From a virus (taxonomy: Duplodnaviria; Caudoviricetes): DNA of 55,620 nt. Location: positions 1 to 55,620 of IMG/VR virus record IMGVR_UViG_3300009512_002372. The stretch is one strand, 5' to 3'. How positions within the stretch are numbered: the stretch's first letter is position 1; each line of letters starts with the position of its first letter. The notes below the pieces were generated by a model. That model was given only the letters and a program-made list of their open reading frames with translations, was not told where the DNA came from and searched no databases. Below, one piece after another: positions 20,401-26,849 of this stretch. The position numbers were made by a program, and so were the translations under genes.

Positions 20401-20887
20401 TGAGGAGGAGTATTGGGAGGGGTTTGAGAAGGTAGTTCCGAAGTTTGTTCGTGACGTTAGCAAGGCGTTCAGGTATAGCGATAAGGGTCTCACTAATGCG
20501 GCTGGCGACACGATGTTTGAAGCTGATGAAATTAGCGGGTGGCAAATTGCGCTCCAGTCTCAGGGCTTCACACCTACCATGATGACCAAGCAATACGGTA
20601 TAAACAGGCTTAAAAATAGACGCGAAACTCGAATAGAAGACCGGCGAGCATTCCTTCTGAGGAAAGCTGCGCTGGAGGTAATAGACTCAGATTTCACTGA
20701 AAACGTATCGTCTGATACTTCGTCGCAGATAGACAAGTTCAATGAGGCAAACCCTGACTTCGGGATCAACGGGGAGACTATTAACAATTCCATACGGACA
20801 CGGGTAGCCGCATCTGACAAATCCGAAAGGGGCAGGCGTGTTAATCCGAAACTGAAAGCGAGAACTGACGAACTGGTTGATTTTTAA
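11444..20887 (+). CDS. Giant polyvalent virion protein (3147 aa): two HExxH zincin-like, two ART-like, one helical glycosylase-like and a C-terminal PLxRFG region
   Basis: YHEMLH; LHEVAH; AWHGSP...GTGEGKQAFGYGLYFAE; ARAEEQGFD...NIRSAYAAFDP; GWYD...GPKIGNGF...TMDRW; YFPLSRFG. Confidence 0.85.
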   Translation: MALGDCLTKLKFTVTEREAITAAVKAEQERGGKTGKGYKVNRNDASKTTVARLISSLETERRQTMDYAIARYEARIGPASDAAPAEITSDDVTVKRASDFKTSKNYDVILPDGTVTQIFKDTDDEGRWHVRGEPDGMLGSTDRESAVDDLIRSYNSSGVSSNTPLTPKDLKSKRAEDFRETGTYIITFPDGTTEQIFRDTEQFSYPVWYRTDEPQGVNYDPGIGFTKEEALQRLIDDRATAAESSSILGSKSEPTSPAPDMFDSTPDSTPTSTPSSAGATPDSIPTGSTPEAVNAETERVLRLNTLMAAALDAGKLKVVNSSQRDSLGAGWESAFADGAMVGAYNTRTKEAVIFADRVDNDSAVSVAYHEMLHFSEGYANSTGSTRFDFLVGEGRTALYRRLDLLRRFGSARERKVLGDAYELFLDSGDSTADQSTRESEWMAYAIQAIVQSKSDSSWLGEARLAVQSVLRKVLGIKVTADNLNMREFGKLAELSIAEAIAPETTAAPAQETTGATDTETETETETDTEAKAAKEAELREAEAKKKAEKAAAKKEAAEKKAAEKAEKAEKAAAKKAEKAAKEAALKEAQAAKKIAEEQQSELERLANIALIDGKKAEAEELRVRILALDKEITAASVAYQALLAPKPSNPSVSPTSDKELSETVTSLAQMGKILEARMPDSVLSILRNQKKGDVTTIRKMLDAVVLEEPSLAPLANQLIELLGDPDNYVTVIKKVRQTKANFHGKYTFSKSQSKIDLNDAPGYKGFTYETFLHEVAHSVIGSRYGDLESYSRAAVAQFSKIESLESADAIEQFQNLWVEFKEAFPQVAGEPTGVRQARGDIDEFFTWTLTDPTFRKYLEESNYRGITLLQRFKDWVKNYLFKGADTNTATWLDAALMGANDLIDAMKQDAPDFKFAKNAMYNTANFNEMQSLARAEQLKIDNEAAARQVRLGNIIYEQTARSKKLADLTEREDALYDFIAELEKSSAILGSRRKAGVTAWHGSPRKYSAERQVKLSNGKTEFIVGGIDQLPPIPAGATLIKDYKLGRMRVDKIGTGEGKQAFGYGLYFAELRGVSQGYSKATAYKEARDTFLEALPDEAAFDEVMGEIGQGVFSAEQEAVLKALDADDWLGFDYAAQAISAAYSSDLANYDASTELRQAIEDSGTVYKVEVDVDPDALLDWDRPLSEQPKVVDALRASGVLPEGFDSKVPHFVMPDGTVQHYSKFLDADDLQDPKTLAKLIPVLKRKYGEAMELRPYGETLLERTTGEQLYTALSNPKDLDVTSDRGEILTAEQLQGITGPNDITASKTLEGKGIPGVRYLDRQSRDVGEGSFNYVIFDDVNIEITQRDDILASRTALGQESRGTEKWTAATAKFGKEGMTKEARDARAEEQGFDMEVYSGSTFDIEAFDGDLARPDGDWGKASYASTSIEDVNSNYAGIGPDLTARLEQEAESVASIMEFDDSERDEMLEQANIPLEEYSQDSDAAHWKIASDRVVGPAGQGVVYPLRIKTGNYAVIRSRAFPGESIIEGKDFYQDAEEELNREDYEDDDAFDDAIREYADELSYGSDESLYTKLTDAFYNTTLDIDEEQSQEVVQRVLEDYPEGVSATDLDLLIRNTIKYVYTNDGEMAGSGAVSSEVLKNLGFDGVIDYTVNTKFGFWVGVGMDGVDADTVHVMTFPGRESNIRSAYAAFDPDNSGSSDLLASRKATPMGLASARKTAKATSYPSQRPFKVDLQAKALEEQQRMGLDLTKNTPEANAYLKELVLSDAAVALVNNANAIGWYDRTITEAIETLSRIHPEIKTDKNAKFAFTFALANTSNGLKVDKNFELAERAYSEFKETGKFPVKIGIGTAASQINKTFKTYNEMVAAYGTDKVRTLFDTKTTVGALTKAGYEITGEWVETEVYGSAIIGPKIGNGFYSNLNGRFDQLTMDRWLRRTWGRWTGTLISNRPDLVAKKTKAIQTLFLGMTAQEKKALKATFKSVGAVLKIGTKKDIIATAVAIQQSSTSKKNRDVMNETGAGDLLRRLGNGLAKDVDGQIEAPTPAERNRIRGIFKEALTELNESNPDLTMADLQALLWYPEKLLYDGARSKEEFNDGYEDSEAPDYANAARNLAGKLGVGDSNRRGSGRTRSRAGAEQEAVDRKPAKSGKAKRAAGRKVAREKADSNDILGSRRRSENQNQSSLNELNDIILASTPGRKNPTIDNNPEFFKRLITARPALLKLLPRRALPEIAPKDMPAATDYLRAAEQMDADRNQILADAGEILNQWHRWARKNRKMATALHKLMHHTTVVGYDPSRPYVPLITGDKYLKERTKLQRRMALSVTPEDRLRVAGLLKALDQTYADEKVRKAAKPDIDVRYAALSQEAKGLYENVRNTYAVQRNDMYKELSERIARAEMSDSVRASLTDKLRLSFESNAVRGPYFPLSRFGEHWVVAKDKTTGETIDFAMFENPRDAARHRKKMKALGYDVFRGVKDKDEHEWMQVDSTYAATVTDLINESSDIDRKARYELADQVWQLYLQTLPEMNVRKQHLHRNKTKGWDEDAMRGYASLSLHHAHHITKLRYADRLEAILKTAKAEAAEFGDASYAQRIYAQLEESNEWAMSPTNNAYASWLTSFGFMYQLAVSTAAASINGLQTPAVALPILGGKFGYGKASAALLRASTEFVGVVATNTAIRAKKGKVFLDNDEKSHWSVNLQGDELAFYEEMVRRQLFEKTRVHDLAGISDEGMERGLVGRRWMDMMSAAFHNAEVFNREVTAMASYRLARAAGRSHESALNLGYNVTLDAHFDYSNAGRPSALTSPVMKVVGQYKQYAINMSWRILRDAYVATAAPDVSPEVRREMRSRSLGMVGMSFLMGGFTGFAAYSAIKTIWKSLEGLLGDDDDPREFESEMRAGLKSSINSFLEDEELSETIADYIWVGPLDMATGASIGLRVSPDIWRLFIQEQNPALEGRTKYAHILLQAAGPVVGGTFGMAFDAMERIGEEEYWEGFEKVVPKFVRDVSKAFRYSDKGLTNAAGDTMFEADEISGWQIALQSQGFTPTMMTKQYGINRLKNRRETRIEDRRAFLLRKAALEVIDSDFTENVSSDTSSQIDKFNEANPDFGINGETINNSIRTRVAASDKSERGRRVNPKLKARTDELVDF
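12991..13030 (+). repeat. (ACAGAG)n microsatellite encoding a TE linker, followed by an EKAA/KKA helical repeat to ~13230
   Basis: agatacagagacagagacagagacagagacagatacagag. Confidence 0.85.
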
Positions 20888-20909
20888 TTACTACTGAGCG
20901 GTTAAGAGC

Positions 20910-21035
20910 ATGAAGAGCAAAACACCCAAGAAAAAAGCGACTCACACTATGCCAGATGGCAAGGTGATGGCGGGCGCATCTCACAAATCCGCAACTAAAA
21001 AGAAGCCTGCCAAGAAGGGCAAGTACGGCTATTAA
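20910..21035 (+). CDS. Small basic protein (41 aa, HTMPDG motif), absent from the ORF track
   Basis: MKSKTPKKKATHTMPDGKVMAGASHKSATKKKPAKKGKYGY, translated by hand. Confidence 0.65.
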   Translation: MKSKTPKKKATHTMPDGKVMAGASHKSATKKKPAKKGKYGY

Positions 21036-21159
21036 GAAACGCAAATAAAAGCACTGAGTTCGTAACTCCGGGTATTAAGGGGTACGCAAGGGTAGCCAGA
21101 ATGCCTGCTATTACTGGGATGTGGCCCGTAGCGCGACTCTCAAAACTGCCAATATCCAA

Positions 21160-21198
21160 TTAGGAGGGGGACGCTCTATCCAGCTGAGCTAAGGGCGG
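21160..21198 (-). other. attP core: 5' half of tRNA-Arg(CCT), truncated at the anticodon loop
   Basis: Minus strand reads CCGCCCT-TA-GCTC-AGCTGGATA-GAGC-G-TCCCC-CTCCTAA; there is no 3' half; adjacent to the integrase. Confidence 0.88.
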
Positions 21199-21229
21199 CG
21201 GTAGTAATGGCAAGGGTTTCAGGCTTTTC

Positions 21230-21259
21230 ATTGTAATCTAACCTTGTAATTAGTCGCAA
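21230..21259 (-). promoter_or_regulatory. Putative sigma70 promoter pointing into the tRNA half
   Basis: TTGCGA-N18-TACAAT on the minus strand, ~30 nt upstream of the tRNA 5' end. Confidence 0.5.
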
Positions 21260-21302
21260 ATAAAAGCACTATCCTTCCTGACGTGTTAGGGAGAGTACCT
21301 CA

Positions 21303-22283
21303 GTGGCGACGATTACTAAAGTCGGAAAGAAGTTCAGAGCCGAGATACGACGTAAGGACATGAAGTCCGTGTCTCGAACCTTTGCTACTCGACGTCAAGC
21401 CGAGATGTTTGCCAGTGGGCTGGAGCATGATGTTCTCACGGGTAAATACTTGAGTGTCGGTCAGAGCAGTATGCCCCGACTAAGGGAGGCTTTGCAACGG
21501 TATGACGTCGAGGTCTCATCGAAAAAGACCAGTCGAACCGAGAGCTGTGACATCCGAGCGTGGAACCAAAGCACGTTTGCGGACTTGAGGTTAAACCACA
21601 TCTCTACAAAGATGCTCCAGACGTGGGTTGACAGCGCGTCGGAGGTCTACGCAGCAGACACCGTCAGGAAGAAAGCGTTTACTCTCAGTGGCATGTACTC
21701 ACGAGCAGCGAAGCGATGGGGCTATCAAGACCTAGTCAACCCCATTAAAAACCTTGAGCTTCCCTCTCCGGGCAAGGGCCGTACCAGACGCCTGCAATAC
21801 GGAGAGTATCGAAGGTTGATGAGGGCTATCGTCGAAGTGCGACCCGCTCTTGGCCCCCTCGTCAGGCTGTCGATTTATACAGCGATGCGAAGGGGAGAGC
21901 TTTGCGGCCTAAAGTTTTCCCAGATAAATTATCGAGCGCGTTTTGCGCACCTGTCCAAGACTAAAAACGGAGATGCTAGAGACGTGCCTCTGTCTCGTCG
22001 GGCGATACGGATGTTTAGACTGATAGAAAGTCAAAGCACCACAGGGAAAGTGTGGGATGGAACGCCTGACAGATACACTAAGGACTTTGCAGCAGCATGT
22101 AAGAAGGCCGAGATTGAAGACTTGGTGCTGCACGACCTGCGCCACGAAGCGACCAGTCGTTTCTTTGAAGTACATAACTTGTCAATAGTAGAAGTGCAGC
22201 GGATCACCGGCCACCGAAGCCTGAAGATGTTGCTGCGGTACACGCACCTAAGCCCCACGAACGTAGCCTTAAAGCTGGGCTAG
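21303..22283 (+). CDS. int: Tyrosine recombinase/integrase
   Basis: TAMRRGEL, KTKNG, HDLRH, TGH and YTH catalytic residues. Confidence 0.95.
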   Translation: MATITKVGKKFRAEIRRKDMKSVSRTFATRRQAEMFASGLEHDVLTGKYLSVGQSSMPRLREALQRYDVEVSSKKTSRTESCDIRAWNQSTFADLRLNHISTKMLQTWVDSASEVYAADTVRKKAFTLSGMYSRAAKRWGYQDLVNPIKNLELPSPGKGRTRRLQYGEYRRLMRAIVEVRPALGPLVRLSIYTAMRRGELCGLKFSQINYRARFAHLSKTKNGDARDVPLSRRAIRMFRLIESQSTTGKVWDGTPDRYTKDFAAACKKAEIEDLVLHDLRHEATSRFFEVHNLSIVEVQRITGHRSLKMLLRYTHLSPTNVALKLG

Positions 22284-22513
22284 ACTAATACTATCTCGAC
22301 CTCGCTCTCAGTCTCAATCCATATCTTCGCGCCGCATGGCAAGGGCGTGACGCCATCAGCGGCTGCGTCTACCACTCTCGATGGGCCGTGTATCTTGACC
22401 ACGCGACCCTTTCTATTATCCTTATAAGTCTTGCAAGTAAGAGTAGGTCGGCTGCCACCATCTTTCGAGTTGGCTTTTAAATGGTGTTGGTTTACATGGA
22501 TTCTTGTTATCAC
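22280..22513 (-). CDS. Conserved phage hypothetical protein
   Basis: AGGAG RBS; RIHVNQH...PLPCGAKIWIET. Confidence 0.7.
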   Translation of the reverse strand: MITRIHVNQHHLKANSKDGGSRPTLTCKTYKDNRKGRVVKIHGPSRVVDAAADGVTPLPCGAKIWIETESEVEIVLV

Positions 22514-22537
22514 TAGGTCTCCTCCTTTGCCTCATTT

Positions 22538-22771
22538 TCAGAGGGTTCCACTGGGCCTTCCTACGCGATCCGGCCTCGCTTCTCGATCAGCAAGTTTGTC
22601 AAGGTGGGACTCGACATCTCTCCGCAGCCAGCACCACCGTTTGCCCATCTTGAACGGCGGCGGCAGCCAGTTGGAACCGCGCGCTATCGCGTGTTCGATT
22701 GACCGAGGCGACTTGTCTATTAGTGTTGACAGGTCAGCGATAGTGACTATCAACTTTTCTTTAACCTCCAT
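22538..22771 (-). CDS. Excisionase/AlpA-like DNA-binding protein
   Basis: IADLSTLIDKSPRSI...LPPPFKMGKRWCW winged-helix pattern; convergent with int. Confidence 0.75.
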   Translation of the reverse strand: MEVKEKLIVTIADLSTLIDKSPRSIEHAIARGSNWLPPPFKMGKRWCWLRRDVESHLDKLADREARPDRVGRPSGTL

Positions 22772-23060
22772 TCCAACTCTCCTGTCGGTGCTTGAAGACG
22801 ACGACAAACTGGCAAACAAGGGTAGGCACTAGAAAAAACTGGGTGACGTGGCCTATGACGTAGGCCCAGTCTTTCCCCGCTGTAGCCTGCTTCTTTAATT
22901 TAGGGAACAGCACCCGCAAGTTTTCAACACTCATGTTAGTATAGCTATGTCCCACTTGGCTGACGCACCACCAGAAGCGCACCCCGCATTCACCAACCCC
23001 TTCGGTTGCGATGTACGCTTTTTTAGCGACTTCCAACCTCATCCGATATGGACTGCTCAT
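22761..23060 (-). CDS. Hypothetical protein
   Basis: ORF coupled to its neighbours; GGAGG RBS. Confidence 0.5.
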   Translation of the reverse strand: MSSPYRMRLEVAKKAYIATEGVGECGVRFWWCVSQVGHSYTNMSVENLRVLFPKLKKQATAGKDWAYVIGHVTQFFLVPTLVCQFVVVFKHRQESWNGG

Positions 23061-23224
23061 ATAGTTCCCCCTCCAAAATGTGATGACGGCGCAGGCTCGT
23101 CTTCATCTTCGTCTTGCACCCCGCGTAACTCCGTCTCGACTGCATCCGATATGACTTCTGCCGCAACCGCGATCCGCTCAATTAACTTTAATAGCTCTGC
23201 GTTTTCTTTGGCTGTAAATGCCAT
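23057..23224 (-). CDS. Hypothetical protein (55 aa)
   Basis: AAGGAGG RBS before MAFTAKEN. Confidence 0.6.
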   Translation of the reverse strand: MAFTAKENAELLKLIERIAVAAEVISDAVETELRGVQDEDEDEPAPSSHFGGGTI

Positions 23225-23237
23225 CCTGCTTCCTCCT

Positions 23238-24416
23238 TTATATTGTCCGCGGTCGTACTGTGATACGGTGAACCTCACCATCTGTCTTGTCATAAGTAAT
23301 CATCTTGGCCCCGCGCATAGAGACCCAGCCTCCGCGAGCGGCATACGCATCCCTGCTCGAAAGGGTTGGGTGCTGCTCTGCAATCGCGCCACCATTTTCT
23401 ACAACGCGCTCGTGATGCAGGTGTCCTGAATGGATGTAGGTGTGGTCACTTAAACCCCACATGCCTCGGAAGCGAGGCTCGCTGCTAAACAGCTTGAACA
23501 TCTGCGCAAGTTTGACTTTGTGGCCGTGGTGAAAGCCGAGCATTGTCCTCCCATGCAAGAACGCATAATACGGAAACTCAGAGTCGTCTACCGTTACTCG
23601 TGGCTCGTCAGCAAATAGGTACTTGAGGTGCTTCCGCATCCATACAGAACTAGCCATGTCGTGATTACCCTCCGCTTGAATGACGCGAACCTCACCGAAC
23701 TTTTTAAGCATCATCCGCACGGCTTCAGCCATTACCGACATGCTCATGTCCACCAGCTTTCCGTATCGAGTATCTACATCTAGTATGTTATTCCCTGTTG
23801 GCGTGACAGCTAACAACCCATCGAAGTGTAGGAAATCTCCCAACTGGTTTAAGACGGCTGTCCCCGCAGGGGGTGCGGCCGCGATCATGGCGGCGACTGA
23901 GTCTAAGAAAACCGAACGTGCTATCTCTGAGTCCCAGTCCTCGCCCGCTTCGGCGGCCCATGCGTACATGCCCAGATGGAAGTCAGTTATGGTTAACAGG
24001 CAGAGAAGGTCTGCGTCTAATTTCTTCGGTTGGGCGGTGGGCTTATACTTCTTATACCCACTCCCGCCACTTTGAATAGTATCCAGCAGCATCTGCAACT
24101 GCCTCTCCCTGTCGCCCTGAGACTTCACCCACTGCGATTTTACATTGCCCTCGGAGTCATAGAGAGTTGACACTTTGTTGACGACAAATCCCTCTGGCAC
24201 AGGATGGTTCATGTCGTACTCAGGCGCGTAGCCTTGCTTCGCGGCTCGCTCTTTCAAGATGCGAATAGTTTGCCGACCGTTGCCCCCGTCGATTTTGAGC
24301 TTAGTGGCAACCTCGGGCCATGTCGCCCCGTCCCGGCGCATCTTAATCAACTCTCGCTGCGCCTCCGTGTTGGTGTATTTTAGTAGTACATTCGCTAGTT
24401 CAGGCGTCATCGTCAA
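23238..24416 (-). CDS. Calcineurin-like metallophosphoesterase with N-terminal HTH
   Basis: DFHLG, GDFLH, GNHD, HHGH and GHLHH motifs. Confidence 0.85.
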   Translation of the reverse strand: MTMTPELANVLLKYTNTEAQRELIKMRRDGATWPEVATKLKIDGGNGRQTIRILKERAAKQGYAPEYDMNHPVPEGFVVNKVSTLYDSEGNVKSQWVKSQGDRERQLQMLLDTIQSGGSGYKKYKPTAQPKKLDADLLCLLTITDFHLGMYAWAAEAGEDWDSEIARSVFLDSVAAMIAAAPPAGTAVLNQLGDFLHFDGLLAVTPTGNNILDVDTRYGKLVDMSMSVMAEAVRMMLKKFGEVRVIQAEGNHDMASSVWMRKHLKYLFADEPRVTVDDSEFPYYAFLHGRTMLGFHHGHKVKLAQMFKLFSSEPRFRGMWGLSDHTYIHSGHLHHERVVENGGAIAEQHPTLSSRDAYAARGGWVSMRGAKMITYDKTDGEVHRITVRPRTI

Positions 24417-24675
24417 AGTCCAGTTCGTCCGATAATAATAAAGGGCATAGCGCGTGAGTGACGACAGTAGCGAGGGTTATTGCCGTCGCCTCGTCTACGC
24501 TTTTGCTAGTCGTAAATGAGATCAAACTATCCTCGGTTATTACAATCGCCAACATGCCCACTGCGTTTTTCCACTCTCCGTCAGTCACTCGCTTCGCTAC
24601 GTCTTGAGCTGCTTCGAGAGTCTCTCTTCTCTGGAGGGCGTCCCCGACGTCCCCGATACCTATAATCTCGCCCAT
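24400..24675 (-). CDS. Hypothetical protein
   Basis: ORF within the operon, overlapping its neighbour. Confidence 0.55.
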   Translation of the reverse strand: MGEIIGIGDVGDALQRRETLEAAQDVAKRVTDGEWKNAVGMLAIVITEDSLISFTTSKSVDEATAITLATVVTHALCPLLLSDELDFDDDA

Positions 24676-24678
24676 ATT

Positions 24679-26082
24679 CTACTGCCCCATGCGCTTTTTC
24701 AGCGCGTTTAGAAAATCGTTTTGAGTGGCTCCGCGCTCTTTAAGCACGGCCATAGCCGTCTCATCAATAGTGCCGCTAGCTATAATGTGGTGGATAACTG
24801 CGTTTGTGCCGCTGAACTTAGTGCCTACCTGCCGCGCGCCAGTGACGCGGCCGTTGAACTGGTCGTATAACTCTCGTGACCAAGGAGGGCCGAGCCATAC
24901 CACCGTGCATGTCGCATGCTGCAAGTTGTCTACCCCATGCCCCGCACTCTGGGGCTGCGCAGCGAGAACAGGAATCTCTCCAGCTATCCACCTTCTGAGC
25001 TGCTGCTGCGAACCGTTGAAGAACTCCATCGTAGTCTCAGGAAACCGAGCCTCTAATCTCGCGCGGTCTGAGATGAAATGGTATGCAAGTAGAAATGGAC
25101 TGCCTTGTTTCTCGCCGATAAACTCTGCAAGTGCGTCCAGTTTAAAAGTGTGAAGCTCGTTCCAAGTCTTTGTTTTGTTTTCATCTTCGGCGGAGTACAC
25201 AGCACCGTTTGCTACTTGTGACAGCTTGCCAGTAAGAACCCCGGCGTTGACCGCAGTTATTATTTCATCGCCCAACTCCAAGACAGAGTGCCTTTCCATC
25301 TCCAGATATTGGGCGGCGGCCTTCTCTCCAAGGGGGACTTCTATTACGTTGTATAGGGTGTCGGGGAAATCCAAGTGATCGACCGCGCGCATCGTCAGGC
25401 ATTGATGTCTGATGGCGTCCTCAATCGCTTCACTCGCGCCCGGCAGGGGTTCAAATTTGTAACCCATGTAATCGCTTTTGAAGAAGGTGAATTTGTAAGC
25501 ACTGTTTGTTCGCCCCAGCGCCTCGCCAAAATCCAGCAAGAACATTTGTGACCACAGTCCCAGCAAGCCTTGGGCCGCGGGAGAGCCTGTCAACTCTATA
25601 AGCCTGTCAATTTTAGGTAGGACTTTGCGTAGTTTTTTAAAGCGGGCTGTGGATGCCGACTTGTACTTGCTCGACTCATCGAGTATCACGCCGTCCCACG
25701 GCCACTCCGATATTCCGACTTCATTGATAAGCCAAACCAACAGGTCGATGTTTATTATCGTCACATCCGCGCGGCCCTGCGCCAGTGCCTTTAACCTTTG
25801 ACCCGCAGGGAGGCCATCCAAAAACTGAACACTTAAATCTTTTAACTCATCCCACTTTTGAAACTCACTGCGCCAAGTCGTCTGGCATACCCGAAGCGGA
25901 GCTACGATCAACCAGTGGTTAATTTCCTGCGAGAGCAGCGTAGTTCTTATTACTGACGTCGCACAGACAGACTTGCCCATGCCGACGTCCAGAAATAATC
26001 CTGCGCGCGGGACGTCCAGCAGAAACTGGATTGCGGGTATCTGATAGCTGCGAGGTTCAAACTTCACGGGCGTCATCTTCAT
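24679..26082 (-). CDS. SNF2-like DEAD/DEAH helicase
   Basis: LDVGMGKS, ILDESS, LTGSP, AGHGVDNLQ and QFNGR motifs. Confidence 0.92.
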   Translation of the reverse strand: MKMTPVKFEPRSYQIPAIQFLLDVPRAGLFLDVGMGKSVCATSVIRTTLLSQEINHWLIVAPLRVCQTTWRSEFQKWDELKDLSVQFLDGLPAGQRLKALAQGRADVTIINIDLLVWLINEVGISEWPWDGVILDESSKYKSASTARFKKLRKVLPKIDRLIELTGSPAAQGLLGLWSQMFLLDFGEALGRTNSAYKFTFFKSDYMGYKFEPLPGASEAIEDAIRHQCLTMRAVDHLDFPDTLYNVIEVPLGEKAAAQYLEMERHSVLELGDEIITAVNAGVLTGKLSQVANGAVYSAEDENKTKTWNELHTFKLDALAEFIGEKQGSPFLLAYHFISDRARLEARFPETTMEFFNGSQQQLRRWIAGEIPVLAAQPQSAGHGVDNLQHATCTVVWLGPPWSRELYDQFNGRVTGARQVGTKFSGTNAVIHHIIASGTIDETAMAVLKERGATQNDFLNALKKRMGQ

Positions 26083-26332
26083 CCGGGGTTTTGGTTGGGG
26101 GCCACAGCGAGTCAAGTCTCTTCATAAGCTCCGGCCCCAGTGTCTGTACTTCATGCAGCCACATGCGGCCGTTGCCTGCTCGGGGTGGCCTTTCCCTCGC
26201 TAATTCACGCGGGCGTATAATTCGATTCACGGTAGTGGGGGATATTCCTAGTCGGGCCGCTATCTGACGATGGGAAATCCCGGTCTCCTTCAGTCGCATC
26301 GCCGCATCGTGCATCTCATCTGCTAAAGACAT
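26057..26332 (-). CDS. HTH DNA-binding protein
   Basis: GISHRQIAARLGISPTTVNRII. Confidence 0.7.
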   Translation of the reverse strand: MSLADEMHDAAMRLKETGISHRQIAARLGISPTTVNRIIRPRELARERPPRAGNGRMWLHEVQTLGPELMKRLDSLWPPTKTPDEDDAREV

Positions 26333-26616
26333 ATACTCAGCTCCTGCATCAAACTATCCACGCCCCGCTTGCTGTCTACGATTCTCACTTGTTGCCCGTA
26401 GTTGCGGAGCTGTTGGTGTACCGCCAACTGAAGTTTTGTCGGCAGGCAACCCGGCGCTTTCAACTCAACGAACACAAGTGATGAGAAAAACGTATCGGGT
26501 AAGAAAACAATCCTATCGGGGACGCCGCGATTACCGGGGGCTGACCACTTAACAGCAAGGCCGCCAGCCGCCTTCACCGTGGTGACTAGGTACTTCTCAA
26601 TCGCACTCTCCCTCAT
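26323..26616 (-). CDS. VRR-NUC domain nuclease
   Basis: MRESAIEK...GVPDR...FVELKAPG...LQ. Confidence 0.9.
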   Translation of the reverse strand: MRESAIEKYLVTTVKAAGGLAVKWSAPGNRGVPDRIVFLPDTFFSSLVFVELKAPGCLPTKLQLAVHQQLRNYGQQVRIVDSKRGVDSLMQELSICL

Positions 26617-26840
26617 AGCCGCGTAATGATCCTACTTTCTTCGAGGTGCAATGCGTCAAGCTCCTGACGGATGACTTCGGTGTTGCTGCTTATAACTTCT
26701 TCCATGACTTTTCGGTTTTCATCCCGGTCAGGGACGTACTGCCCTAAACCTTGGAGAAGCTCATTAGACTGATGGAGCAGAGCAATCAGCCGCTCAAATC
26801 TCATTGTCTTCTCTTCCCGTTCGCTCACCCTAAACCCCAT
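26613..26840 (-). CDS. Hypothetical protein
   Basis: GGAGGGAG RBS; operon context. Confidence 0.55.
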   Translation of the reverse strand: MGFRVSEREEKTMRFERLIALLHQSNELLQGLGQYVPDRDENRKVMEEVISSNTEVIRQELDALHLEESRIITRL

Positions 26841-26849
26841 ATCTCCCTC

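Larger units (their letters stand above)
21040..21270 (+). repeat. 16-bp direct repeats CGCAAATAAAAGCACT (21040-21055 and 21255-21270), probable integrase arm sites
   Basis: Exact repeats flanking the att core, just upstream of int. Confidence 0.7.

Noticed and set aside
21160-21198. Functional phage tRNA gene
   Set aside because: Only the 5' half up to the anticodon loop is present, with no T-arm or 3' acceptor strand; better explained as the att core
21303-22283. Shufflon (Rci-like) invertase acting on tail fibres
   Set aside because: It sits beside a tRNA-derived att site and a Xis-like gene, and I saw no inverted sfx-type repeats near the fibre genes
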